Positions 23,652 through 37,556 of a stretch of 64,000 bases of DNA are shown in pieces (position 1 is the stretch's first letter; each line of letters opens with the position of its first letter). The notes under the pieces were generated by a model. The model was not told the origin of the DNA and did not search any database. It was given only the letters and a program-made list of their open reading frames with translations. The stretch is from Balanoglossus misakiensis (taxonomy: Eukaryota > Animalia > Hemichordata). Location of the stretch: assembly GCA_040954595.2 (NCBI GenBank), contig CM082586.2, forward strand, positions 463,123 to 527,122, in the 5' to 3' direction. Both the position numbers and the translations under genes were made by a program.

Positions 23652-23876
23652 GTATTCGTGTGGTTTTTTGCGATTAAAAGCACAAAAAATGATCCACCGG
23701 TCAATCCAAAGATTTCCAAAATGGCGGCACGAGCGCATTCATTGTGTTTGGAGACACTAACTTTTCGACCCTTTGTCCGTGCTTTCTTTGTGTTCACTCG
23801 GGGTTGTCTTTTTATTATTCAGATACTAAGATGTCATGCGATTCGGCAATAAACTCTAATTCTTCCAGAACTTAAA
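23652..23876. repeat. Dispersed ~220-bp repeat, copy 1 (probable DNA-transposon relic containing a YY1 motif)
   Basis: Near-identical to 59244-59464 (gatttccaaaatggcggcacgagcgcattcattgtgtttggagacactaa...gatgtcatgcgattcggcaataaactctaattcttcca). Confidence 0.85.
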
Positions 23877-26800
23877 AATTTCAAAGCATATTACGTACAC
23901 ATTTAGTACCACTTTGGCAGTAAGTAGCACTTGATTTTCACCCCATAAGAAGCCATTTTGTAGTAATCATTTCTTATAAAACTGTAGATGTGCTTTCATT
24001 GAAATACACGAGACACAAATGAACTCTTTTCATTCAATATTTATTTCCCCAACACAGAGAATATTTTTAAAAGTATGACATACATTATCTTGGAAGGTCT
24101 ATATTATGGAAAGAAAAACAAACCGAAAGAAAAGAAAGCAAATGACAGCATTTATTTTATACTTCCAAGACTGTAAAATACAAGCTGCACCATTGAAACA
24201 CAGAAATGTCGCCATGTGGAAATACATAATGCTTTCTCTCTATCACCCTGAGTTTCAAATTTTAATGTGTATCAGGTTTTCATTACACGCCATTTCTTTT
24301 TGCCTCGCTTCTCAAACTTTACTTTTTAGCAAAGCTCTTCAAAAACAGTTTTTCTCCACTTCTTAACCTGTCATCGAAACTCTGTGTTCTCAGAAATTTG
24401 CATAAAATAAGTTTTCTTTTTCAACTTGTTCTCTACTTCTGCATATTCAAAGGCATTCTGGGTTGTGCAACAAGGCATCATGGGAACAAGATCTTAACTA
24501 CATTAGTTGACATATATTCATCATTAAAACTCGATAAGTTGGGTTCTACAGGACATTTTTTTAAATATGCATTTTTACATAATTTTGACTAACATCTTAA
24601 CCAGAGTTGCAGACTAGTTCAGGATCTCCTAATTTCTATTCAAATCCTGTAAAAACACGACTGGAACAGCCATAGAATTTACAGTTGGCAGCATTTTAGT
24701 GGAACAACTTAAAAAGATCCTGATTAGAAATCCAATTAAATGTATAGCACGCACTAATCTTGACTACAACCGACAGAATTTGGTGTTATCAGTGAAATGG
24801 TGACCGATTTATTTTGCATTTTTGAAATAAATTTCACATGATGATCTTCCACAAATTGATTCACACACAATGTCCTTGACAGGGTTGCATGCTCAGAAGT
24901 TATTCAAGATTTAAGAAATTTTCTAAGTTATTTTCCAGGAGTATTTCAGGTAAAAAACACTTGCACAGGACGTTGTAATAATTATGTCAAAGTTCTTCAC
25001 AATCAGCATTTAAGTTTGACATCACTGATGATTGCACCTTCAACAATTTTCTGTCTTTGTTTGCTCTCTGATTAAACATTTGCAAAAATGTCAAGAACAT
25101 GTACATGGCTTTCTAGTGCTTTATTTTGAGAAACTCGCTCTATGGACTAGCTTTTTACATTGACTACTCACATGACTCAAGCAAACGGCAATGGCTTCAA
25201 TAATGTGCAAGTGGGGGAAATAAACATGTTGTCGTGGTGATACATTTCAGGACACAAGAGCATCAACCACTTAAAAATACCTGTTTATGAGTTTTTTCAA
25301 GGTATTTGCATTTAAAGGACAGAAGAGTTATGTTTTCTGTTCATAGTTTTTCTTTTTTTATATATATTTGTGACTAGTGTTCAAAACAAAGCAATGTTTG
25401 ATTCATTGTAAAACCTTTCTTTGTCATCTGTTTTTTTGTTGTTGTCTTTCCTGGTGTGGTGGTAAGTTTTTTTTCTGGATACCATGAGAGACATGCTGAC
25501 TTTCTGATCATCCAATAGTCAAAGCACTTAATTCATGAAATCTGAAGCATAAAAATGTGACCAGAGGTTGAAAATACTATATCCCTTCCCTAATCCAAAA
25601 ATACTCTACACTTTTCTGGAACAAGCCATATGATGTAATGATTGAAAGTTTTTTTACAGAGAAGTACAGGATGGGAGGAGGGGTGATATTTTTCATATCA
25701 GAGACCAAATCATTCTAAGCTTCACTTTATTAAATGAAAACTTAAAACTGTCATCAGACATTTAATTTTGTTTTTTTTCCCCTCCTCAGGACGCAAGTAT
25801 TCTCCACATAGTCTTGAAATTTGATCTTGTATAAATAATACAGGTTTTTACTTAAAGATATAGAAAAGTTACCCTGTTTGGCTTCTGTGTACCAACTATA
25901 AAAAGTATGTCTCACTAGTGTTCCCATGGTAATGTCTGATTAATGTGGTCCAACATGATGTCACAAATAAGGTCAAACTCACTTTTGATAATTCACTGAT
26001 CTTACAAAGAACATTCAGTGTGTACTGCAGTTACTACACAGCTACAATAGGTCAGAGCTGCTCAATGGCTTCTTATTTTGAACCACAATTTTAAGAAAGG
26101 CCACTTATGATTGGTCGCTTGATTTTCAACCTCTGTTTAATATGAAAATTTATGTTTTATATTCATTTCTTAAAATAAACCACCAAATCTGCATAAAATG
26201 TGTTGTCAGTGCAGTTTAACTGCAGAGGTGGGCACTTTTCATACACAGCAAAACTTTCACAGGTTAATCTGCACATAGCTGAAGAAGGTGAAATTTGAAT
26301 ACAAGTTGACACACACCTGGCTTAGAGCAAGGAAACACCTGGGTGGATAAAATATATGGCAAGAACACTCTTGCAAGACCATTGTAGTTCCTTTCTTTAA
26401 ATTCCATTACATGTTTGCAAAATTGAAGATATATGTTACATCACAATCACTCAGCCATGAAATCCTACAATCGGTCTCTATGATGTCCAATAGGAATGAA
26501 AACATGTAAATCATTGACAAAAATGAAAGAAAAAATTTCTACAGTTTCATCTTCTCTCCAATCAAAATCAAATATATGATAAATTTACTTCGAAGTTCAT
26601 GCATTTACAATTCAAAATAATTACATTTTGAGTTCATCAGAGGTACAACAGAAGGGAATGAGAAGATTCAATTTCAGGAGAAGAAAATTAAATTAGAGGA
26701 GAAATTAATTACAGCACACAATTTATACATTTCTAATCATGCAGATGAACCATCTTCTTCCTTTATCTGTTCTAACATCAAAAAAGTTTCTCTGATAAAC

Positions 26801-27171
26801 AGAACATTCCAAGAAATCAGAAAATGTCAAGAAATTTTGAAGACGAAAAACAAATTGAACCTGTGGACATATCTTCTTTTTCTTGTCACAATTTAAAAGT
26901 TGATTAGACTGTTTACATTCACAAAAACCACACTCTGGTAAGCAAGGTGAAATGGAACCACACAAAGTGGATGAGTGTATTTACTAACACCCCTACGACA
27001 TAATGGTATCTCCTACAAGACATGATCTACAATGATGTTCCAAACACTAGTACTTTTTTTTTTGAAAGATGAGCATGAAGTAAGTGGAAGGAAAAAAATG
27101 AAGAGCTGAGAAAGTCAGAGTGACTTCTGTCAATCCTGCTTCCATTTCCGCTTGGCAAGATCTGAGTTTTT

Positions 27172-28105
27172 TTATTGAATGGTGCAGTTGGCTTTGTTGC
27201 CGTTCTTCATCTTCAGTCGTGATTTTGGACGATATTTTTCCAAGTATGCCAACTGTTTGGCGTTGATGGCACCACGACGTTTCCTAAACAAAGAGATTAA
27301 AATACCAAGTCAGCAAATTTAGCCTTCAAATCCATCTTAAATAAATAAATTTTGACAGCAGAGAGAGTTTATTGCTGTACTGAACAACGTAGCATTTCTA
27401 ATTTTGGCTAATTGGCAAGAACGACTTACTCTCGAATCAATTCAACAGCATCTTCAAACTTGAGTCCCATTTCGATGAGAGCAACAGCAACGAGAACAGG
27501 AGCCCTTCCCAACCCAGCCACACAATGTACAGCAATGCAACAGCCTGGTTCCTCTTTGTTGCGCGTCTTCAGTAAATTGAACCACAAATCAATCACATCA
27601 TTCGGGGGAGGAGCCCCATCATCAAATGGATAGTCCTGAAAAACAAGCGCATAAAATAAATATTATTGTTGAAAGGAAAGCCGCTGTCCAAGAAAGTGAT
27701 AGCAATGTTTGCACCAATTTGAATTGTGTGACATCTTGTAAAACTCACCAGAACATGAATACCTTCTTTCTCCAAGATGTCTGTGCTGTATGTTGCTTCG
27801 CATACACGTACAACGTCCTTCACTCCATGTTTCTTCAATTCCTGTCATCCACAGAGAGAGAAAGATTACTTCAGATTGGTTGCATTGATTGTATTCAAAT
27901 GCACACCCAAATTGTCTCACTCACTGTTGATATGTTAAAATTTAAAATTGCATACTGAGAAGTTTTAACTGACCTCAATGAAGGTAGCCATGGTCTGCTT
28001 GGTGGGTCTGTCGATGATGAGAAACTTCATTCCCTTGTAGGTGATTTCAGCAGGTGCTGGCCGATAATTGTTACGAGCCATGCTTATATGCGTGTAGTCA
28101 GGCAT
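27172..28105 (-). CDS. PTP4A: Protein tyrosine phosphatase type IVA (PRL)
   Basis: Four coding exons (~28105-27974, 27841-27749, 27635-27430, 27284-27172). Motifs [52 protein letters not shown] and C-terminal CAAX CTIQ. Start is either 28105 (MPDYT) or 28081 (MARNN). Long 3' UTR to about 24040; 5' leader exons extend to about 37300. Confidence 0.96.
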
Positions 28106-28393
28106 GGATAATAATCCAACCGGTCAAAACGATCCTCTCCACAACCAATCAGATGCACTGATTCAGAAACAAGGCAAATGCTACCCTCTGCTCAGAGTAG
28201 GCCGGCAAATCAGAAATCAGTTTTCAACCTCAGGTGTGACTGATTTGGACAGTAAGAGATTAACTTTACCCCATCCGTGATGATGTGCCTTAAATAATCT
28301 TCTATAAAAAATCAGTTTGAATTTTTGGCCGAGATTTTGATATGTACTCTGTGTTGCACACCTCAGATTGTTCGACTGTCTCACTGGTGGCCT

Positions 28394-31300
28394 TTACTCG
28401 TGCTGGCTTTGGCAGTAGTCTCCGCTGTTCTTAATAAACTCCATAAAGGTAAGTCCAGGAAACCCGAAAAACTGTAGAGAAAGCAAAAGTGACATATATC
28501 ATCAGTTTGTGGCCTATAATAATCAATTTCTTGTTAGGACCTCGGTTCTGTAATATTCCCATTTGACGCTGCATCTAAATGATGGCTTGTATGCTGTTAA
28601 ACAGCGTTATGAAACGGACATCAAAATGTCCAGCTATTGATTTCTACATTGTATATTTCCACGAAACATTTCCACAAAGCATTACTATGTTTATTTATAG
28701 AATGAAGTGATCAGCTTATCACTTCCACGTACGGCAGTATGTTCATTGTCTCCTTGGTTAGAGCTCAGATTCACTTCATCTAAAACGAAAATTCCAATCT
28801 GCGTCATTTTCTAACATCGACCTACTTCAGAAAAGGTCATCTCTGGACTGTGAATACATGACTCTGGGGTCTCACAGCTGGCGACCGACAACAAAACCAC
28901 ATCTGACCTCAGGGGAGCAATGTTAATGAAATCGGGACAAATAATATCATTATTACAATAAAAGTGACATTTCTTCAATACTTCATTGTATTATCCTGAT
29001 TGTGTCTCTCATTCAGGTATCTGTTGTGAAATTCATTCAGAGTGCATATTTTTATGACGGCACAAACAGCCAGCTGCTAGTGCCAGGCACTGCTAGACAT
29101 ATGGACCCAGTTGTGATCTAATCAGATACATGCACAGAGGAACACCCTGTGTGGGTGAACGCATTGAGGCAAAGAACACCAACGCATTTGATAAAAATCC
29201 CCTGTAATATCTAACGCCAACAGATCTTTGACATTTTGGGGGAAAGTGACACTCTTGACATTATTACAACACTTCCCACACATAAAATACACTTGGCTGC
29301 CACAACATTCTATGATAGAACCTCACCCACTACCTGGTTCCTTTGATAAGCAAAGTCCTAGTATTAAATGGCTGATCTCTGAAGAATGCTAACCTCTCGG
29401 TCTGTGAGAAATGTCATTTTAAGACTCACCTGTTGCTAAGTTTCCTTACTGCAGTGAATATGATCACACCTCAATATTACAATGCAGACTGACCAGGTAT
29501 AAACAGTAGGAGTAATTTTATCACAACAATTTTGGTTTCACTTGCGTAACATGTTAGATAATGTACTATCAGACCTTCACTCAGGAAGGGACCGAAACTT
29601 GTTATTCAAGATATGACAACCAACTGAGATATTTTTAGGATGCAAAACCATTGGTTTCCCACCTTCCGGACAACATGTTTTGCAACAACCACTTTGGGCT
29701 TTCTCTGGCCAGGCCTAGATTTTTTGCAAAAGTCACTTTTGTTTGTTCAATTATTTCCCAGGGAAAAAATCCCTTACACTATTAAACACTCCAAGAAAAT
29801 AATGCAAATGGTTTTTCTTTCTTTCTTATAGTGAAGATACATGTTGTACATACACTTGTTAAATGTCATCGGAACAGATATATGTCACACTAATTATTCA
29901 TTCAAGAAATTTAATATCGCATGGTAACATAAAACATGTTTTATGAAACACTTGGATTCAGATAACATCTGATCAAGTACGATAACGTACCTCAACAATA
30001 TTAACACTGAGAAGTGGTGTACTTGTCCTACAATCAATTTCTTTGAAAGGAAATGGGCAGTGCGTAGAAAAACAATCCTGAGTTCAATTTCTAGAAATTG
30101 ACATTTTACCATTCTTGGAAATTGACTTCCCCATGGTAACAAAATGCATGATTCTCAGTAAAAATGCATGGAAATAGCATCTAATGATCTAGGCAGATTA
30201 CAGGCAGCATAAAATTGCAGCGACAATGATAGTGATAATTGCATACTTGACCACAACAGACATTTAGAGTTGATTTCCCTGTTGTATCTGAACACTGATG
30301 ACACATCCCCCTAGGCCACTAAAAAAAGAATCTTCTTCCCTGATATTGTTCAATTTGCACACACGCACAATGCATGATAACTGTTACCATAGCAACTAGG
30401 CCCCCCTGGGGTCATTATCATACATCAACTCAAACCGATGCGAACATTTTGGAGAAAATACCTTTTAACACTATATAGTGACGGCCGTTACCAATTTTCT
30501 TGCCACCAAAGCATGCAAGCCTAACTGGATCTGGCTACATTTATGTTTCTCGCTATCTTTCTTTCTCGAGTGACAGTGACAGTAAATTACAAGCAATCAG
30601 GGCAGGCACTGACTGTCAGCTAATGTATTTACAACTTCACAAATGACGCTGTGGCGCAAATATGTACATGTAACAAAGGAAGTTGACAAAATGCATGGCT
30701 AAATATAGCTTATAACAACCACCACATGTAAATTGCAAACAACTGGGAATTAACAAGGCCAAATGCCCAAACTATAGCTTCATTAACTCTGTGCTGTTCA
30801 CTGACTTTTGTACCCAGAATCATTGTCAATGTCAGTGTCAAACGCACAATTCTTCCCCATGTTGGATATAAACATTTTCATATCCACTTCCTATTTCAGG
30901 TTCTATAAAGACTGACAAAACCATAAAAAAAAAGAAAAAAAATATTACTTCCCTGTTACATTCAATCGACAAACAGGAAGTTGTTGATATTTTATAGAAA
31001 ATAAAATATATCCTAAATATCAAACATGGCCAATAAATACCTTGTGATACTAGACATAGAAATTTACAAGTCAACCAATCATATCCATGTGTTTACACTT
31101 TTGAAAATCAAGAAACCCAGAAAGAAATTCAAAATTTAAATCAAAGATTGCTCAGGATATTCACTCAATACAACATTCTTACCTCTAACGTGATTACAAG
31201 TGATACAGACGCTCACACTACAAAAATGAAAAGGGTATGAGAAAAAACATGCCTCTATACACGCTTCATATTCCAAGCTATATAAAGACATTTTAGAATC

Positions 31301-34300
31301 TGTTCAAACATCCATGCATAATTCCCATCACTGCAATTGTTAATTTGCAGAATCTGTAGAAATCTTGCTGGTATTTGCTCATAGTATCATCTGTCACGCA
31401 GTACTTTTCATCTTCGATATGAAGGCCAAATTAAAACCACTACGCAAGACTTGTTCAATTATAAAAAAATAATGTTTTGGTCTATCAGTCCAAATCCATG
31501 ACATTCAGCTGAACAACCATCAATAATTGCATCCCACAAGACATAATATTGATGACATTAACTTCACAGCACACAGCATTGACAGACCAGTAATTATGAT
31601 CCGACTATGTCATCTGCAAGTTATTTTAAGCCAATGAAACAGACATCTGATATTATTTCTGGATCAGATAAGCGATTATGATATGCCATAGTGGTGGTTG
31701 TCCATATGAATATATCTGTCTACACAGATGGTCTCTCTACACTGCAGCAAGCACAGAAAGTCACCATGGCTACATCGCAAGAGGAAATCAAATGTGTGTC
31801 TTGGAGCCTTAAGAATGACTGCCGCATTTCTGTGTTGAACTCAAAGAAATTAGAACAATGAGAAGAAATCTGGTTAACACACGACATACTACAACAGAAG
31901 AGTCTGATATCCGTGAAGAGTTGAAACACCTGAAACCAATCCTCAATCTGATCACCTTGATATGCCGGAGGGAGAGCAAATTGATTTTCGTTTCTGCTGA
32001 ACCAATTTCTACCGACATCTAGCCAGACAGACTCTTCTAAGATTAGCTTGAGAAATTCAGACAAACAAAAGATTATTTCTGAGACATCCTAGAAACATCC
32101 GTCAGTTCATCAGTATCGAGTTACTTGCCCACTCCACTCCTGTGAAATGTGTAAACACAACAGTAGATGCCATATGCTAGTCCATTATTACAATTTTCAT
32201 ATTTTTACATCAAACGCAACCTGACATCACTTCATTAGGGCCCAAGCGCATACCAGCGCTTGGGCCCTATTGGTTTCGTTGGGGTTTTTCTGTCTTTCCT
32301 TCTTTCTTTCTTTCTTCTTTCTTTATTCTTCTGTCAATTCTTTGTCGCTCTAGATCTCAGACACCACTGCAGGTACAGTTCTCAAACTTGCTACAGTGGT
32401 CAAGGTCAATGAGTAGTCGTGCATTGAACCCATGAATTTTTAATTAGTCACATGACCTGGCGGCCATCTTGGATTTTCTGAAAAAATGCAAATCTCAGAT
32501 CTCAGAAACTACAAGTCAGATCGACTTCAAATTTGGCATGCAGGTAGACTACCTTCTACCTATCATTTTTGTAATTGGAAATTTTGCTGTCAATGTTGCA
32601 GTTTTTTTGCTACAATTTTTTTTCTGAAATCTGGCTTAAATTTCAAAAATCTTCTTCTCCAGAACCGGTGATAACTGAGACACGGGGTTTGGGGTATGTG
32701 GTCACCTAACTGATGTCTATCAAGTTTGCGAAGATCATTGTGATTGGTCGAAGATTATGGCGGCCATATTGGATTTTCGAAAAACCATAGTTAAACTGCA
32801 AAAATCTTCTTCTCCAGAACGGGCGATGACTGAGTCGCAAGATTCGAGGAGTATGGTCACTACACTGATGTCTATCAAGTCTGCAAAGAACATTGTGATT
32901 GGTCGAAGATTATGGCGGCCATATTGGATTTTGTAAAAAGCAGTGAAAATTTGAAATTCCTTTTTCTAGTCTAAAAATTGATAGCATACAAATTCTTTTT
33001 TTGTATATCAATCGTCATGTGACTAAAATGTGCTACAATTTTTTGGCGATTTTTCACATGACCTTTGACCTACTTATCACGCGTTATTATTTCTGCATAT
33101 CTAATTCCAGGCTAACCTGTAGGGCTAGACGTTTGGTTTTTGATGAATGTGGATTAGTGTGTGATCAAAATATTTTGCTACTTTTCATGACCCCTTTGAC
33201 CTCTGCTGACCTCATTAATTATGTGCATAGCTAATTACAGGCGAACCAATAGAGCTAGAGGTTTGGTTTTTGTTGGACATGGACCAGAATGGGATCAAAT
33301 GTTGCGTGACCTCTGGTGACCTTTGACCTACTTTCGCATATCTCAGCATCCAGAGCAGATACAGCCATGGCATTTGGTAGGATGGGACCAAAATGTAAAG
33401 CCACATTTTTGGGTCACCTGTTACACCTGCTGACCTCATTAAATATGCACATACCTAATTACACGCAAACCAATAGAGCTAGAGTTTCGGTTTTTGTTGG
33501 ACATGGACCAGTATGGGTAAAAAAAAATTACCCAAATGTTGGGTGAACTCAGGTGACCTTTGACCTACTTCACCCTATTTCAGCAGCAAAAATACACACA
33601 TCCTTGTTATGTCATGAGATAATACATCCGATAGAAAATTCTGTTTCTTCTCATTCACACTGTGCATATATAATTCAAGATCAGCGCTTGGGCCCGACAA
33701 TGCTGCTTGCAGCTTTAATTTTTAATGGGTATCTCTCAACACACGTGTCATATTACAGAACTTCACCCTCTGACAGAAACACATCATTTTCTCTTGAAGT
33801 GCATCATTAATTTCTGTAACACACAAAGACACTAACATGCATCATCAACATCAATAACTAACACTGTGAAATAAAGCTCACAAGCATCCAGTCACGACTG
33901 CGTACAACACGACTAAAAATACCAACTGCAAACAACACACTGTCAATTGACAAAAGTGCACATCTGTCAGGATGTACTTTCGAAATCCAATCTGTAATTT
34001 TCAATATTTGCGGTGGTACATTAAGAAAACAAGTTATGTGTAAATAGCCATAGTTAGGCAGTGAAACCTGCCAATCTCTTCTCTGATACGATGGTTCAAA
34101 TGAACTGGTCTTACATAGCAATTTGCAAGCAAATTAGCTCGTCTGATAAGGCAATGCCCACAGTCTGAGTGACAGGCACGAATTAAGCAATATAACACAA
34201 AGGGTGCTAATCAGCTGACACAGCAGTATAGGCATGTGGCAAGCAAGCAGATGCAATGTAGCATTTACAACATGTACATTTCACAGAAATGGACGCAAGT

Positions 34301-36889
34301 TGAGAAGAGTTTGACACTAAAACAGCATTTCTTCTGAAAGTTATACAGCCAATTCCAAAAGATTCTGATGACTCAAGCCAGTCATTTTACCTGTCACATC
34401 TTTACCAAAACTTTGAAATGGTTGTACACTTAAGATCTACTTACATTTTGCTTCAATTGTAAGCTGGAGTTTAACAAAATAAATTTTGAACTGTTTTGAG
34501 CCTATTGTGATCTGTAAGTTCTGTCTTCACCCCATATCTCTGTTAAGTATAGATGGAAAAATATAATACTTCAATTTATTTGAATTTTCAGTTCTGACAA
34601 TCATAAAGTCAACATCTATACTCTGGCCGTCAGAAAACAGATCACTGGCATAATTGAATTAAAACATCTTATGTTGTGAATTTTCTTACACCACCCATTT
34701 ACGGTGATATCCAATGACTCCATGATCTTTTATCAGCGCTAGATTGTGTCAAGGACTCAAAGTGCTATTTTCCAATCATGTCACAAACTCTTGCGAGGGA
34801 AGGCCAAACTGGTGATCTTGTAAACAACACAAGTTTTTGTGAACTGTATTCCACTATTATTATCTGCATGCCTGAGAAAATCTGAACCGTGCAGAAGAAA
34901 AATACATGCATTGCAGCAGCACGTGTTCATGGTCAAGGTCAGAAATGTCAAGGCTGGCCAAGGTCAATGAAGACCACACTGCCTGGTGGTCTACAATGGT
35001 ATGAACGGGGGTGGGGGGTCGGGGGGACATCTGGATTTTACAGTGGCACCTGAGTTATAGTATTGAGAGTCAAAAAAATGTTAAGATAGTGTGACAGAAG
35101 GTCAAGGTCACAATTGTCATGGATATGACCTTTTAAGATGTTACAAGACTACAATGTACAACCTTTTACTAAAGATGATCATGCTCTCACAGAAGCAATT
35201 TATTACAGCTATTTATAGTTGTGCTACTGTCAATGGTATGACAGAAATCCTACCATCTATGATATGAATGCAAACAGATATTATTGACAAGCTTCATAAG
35301 ACGTCATTCCTGATAAGCTTCATCAAATCAAAGCTGGAAGAAACTTTTCACATTTCTGTTTATTGAGTGACATAGATTTCACTGAAATGGTAGAAATTAA
35401 AACGATCATGGTCGAGTGATGTCTAATGAAGTGGGCTATTATAATGAAGAAGATCAAAAAGGGAGGAATCTTCAAATATTCATGCTGGATACAAATGAAA
35501 CGGACGACTGAAATGATTTGTGATGAAAACAAAATATTCAGTCAAAGTGTCAACAAATTTGGAATTGGAATTGTTTTTCGCTTATTACCGATTACCATGA
35601 TGATGTTGTTTCCAGGCTGAACAAACCAAGACATGAATCTGGAACTGCAGGGATTGACCTTTCCAGTGAGGTCACATTCTGCCAGAGGACAATCAACCAA
35701 TCACCACTGGTACAAGCACACTGTGCAGACAATAAACAAGTATCTTCGTAAACAGATTAAATTGTATTTTCTGTGCATCTTGTGGAGTAAAATGACTGAA
35801 AAAACACTTACAAAACACTATAATTCTGATGGTTTATTAATACCAAGTAAAATGTTTCAAGATTTTGACAGCAATCACAGTCCAACCAAGTTGATGGTGG
35901 CCCACAATGGAGTTCCAATTAACAGTTCATATGTGATTATAATATATGCTGTTGCCTGGCAACAGTTTTCACCATGAAAACAATGTGTGTATGGGGTGGA
36001 ATTCATAGCAACTCTGTTTTGGCACAGCTGGGAGTCCTGTCACGAGACTCTTTCCTTGGAAACCGTTTAATTAGGCCGCATACACTAGGTCGTCGAGAGG
36101 TGACCTTGGCTGGCCTGACTCTATGCAGCACCGGCGTGGCAACGACACAGTAACCTGTCCGATGCCCAAACGAAACCAATCTCATTCTTGACAAATCGTC
36201 AGTTAACGATGTTAGGTTGATGTCGGTTAATGAATGTAAGCTTTTCTATCGATGATCTCGGTGAAAACGATTTCAGATTTCCAATGTGCATCGTGACACC
36301 AAAGCAATACAAATTTCCCTCCACGCGAGAACAAAAGATAGGCAATCGATCGTTCCTTCGAAAGTTTTAGGTCGCTATGGCTTCATGTATACCTCAGCTG
36401 TTTATGATTGTCATAAATTGATCTATGAACATTTCCCGAACGACTAGAAATGATACACTTTGACAAAATATTGAGGATAATCTATTTCACTCAACGCAGC
36501 GCACATTTTGGAACGTTTTGACATGGGCGCGGCGCGTGATGTTTGCCCAAATTCTCTTCCTCACTTCCTAAACACCATTGCTGTGTCTATAATCGTCATC
36601 AGACAGAACAGAGGACACACTTCCCGAATCACTAGTAATAACAGAACCATGGACACCATTCAAACTTTGAAGCATGCAATATTTTACACAAAAATACCGG
36701 TACGAAGCGTCTAACAAAGACATGTACATTTCCAAATCTCTCCATCCGGACAGCAACGGTGAATGTGAAAATCTTGTGTACACACCTTCACTTATCAAAT
36801 TAGAAACATACAACATCACTGACGGAAAGATGAAGACTCACCTTAATATCCCTACACATTGAAGGTAAAACCGCTCGGAGGAATCGCAT
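28394..36889 (-). CDS. Spliced upstream ORF in the PTP4A 5' leader (41 aa: MRFLRAVLPSMCRDIK|FFGFPGLTFMEFIKNSGDYCQSQHE*)
   Basis: Mini-exon 36894-36842 (atttccag| ... AAG|gtgagt) joins in phase 0 to the acceptor ttctctacag| at 28471. The stop is at 28394, upstream of the PRL ATG. The splice junction is inferred, not observed. Confidence 0.6.
32234..33720 (+). mobile_element. Non-autonomous Helentron-associated element (HINE/DINE-1-like) in the PTP4A intron
   Basis: 5' palindrome tagggcccaagcgc-atacca-gcgcttgggcccta, then a TTTC/TTC microsatellite and internal tandem duplications. 3' subTIR gcgcttgggccc is followed by the hairpin gctgcttgcagc; flanks are T-rich. Confidence 0.7.
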
Positions 36890-37556
36890 CAACACTGGAA
36901 ATATGTTGAAGCTCGTAACATGAAAGGAGTACAAGCTCGAGACAAATGAACGAGATGTCGTCAATTGCGATGCACGCATGCGCTTTTACCTTTGGAATGT
37001 TGAGAGAATGTCCAGCCTTGATCAACATTGATATCTGTAAAGTGTTAGACATAAGTAAGTTAAAAGGGGAAAACACACGAGATATTATTGAAAACCTTCT
37101 TGAGATTAATTGCAAAGAAATCACCGCTTTGTAAATTTTTTCTAGAGCAAAATAGAGCCATTCTGACGGATAATAATCATCATAATGCAACGTTCTCCTT
37201 TCCACGATGTAACCTTTGACACAGAGATCTGGACTATACCGGCTGCCTCGCTTGCTGTCCATTTCATGTACCCGATCATGAGCGCAGCTGACACGTTGTT
37301 GCGAAATCTTGACATGCGTGATCGAAATATGAGAGTTTCGCACTACGAATGACCTTTTATCGCCTGGCTGGAGATTGCATTGTGTCATTTAGGGCTAAAG
37401 ACGTAGTGAAGATTCACGCAAATTATTTAATTTTCACTCTAAAATTCATTCATGGGTTCATTTGGGACTGTCAAACGGTCAATCAACTCTAATGAGGCCC
37501 ATCCCAGTTCATGGTCTATGGCTTCCCCTTGAAACAGTGAAAAGCTAGAGTCTGAA

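Noticed and set aside
23394-23852. 152-aa + strand ORF, and the similar ORF at 59226-59417
   Set aside because: Antisense to TRMT11 exon 1 and running through the dispersed repeat; the shared peptide reflects the repeat, not a gene.
31720-32064. 114-aa ORF in the PTP4A intron
   Set aside because: Non-ATG start, no recognisable domain and no convincing flanking splice sites.
36852-37388. 178-aa minus-strand ORF at the PTP4A 5' end
   Set aside because: It crosses the promoter and a likely 95-nt intron (36895-36989) in a different frame from the uORF, and has no protein-like features.
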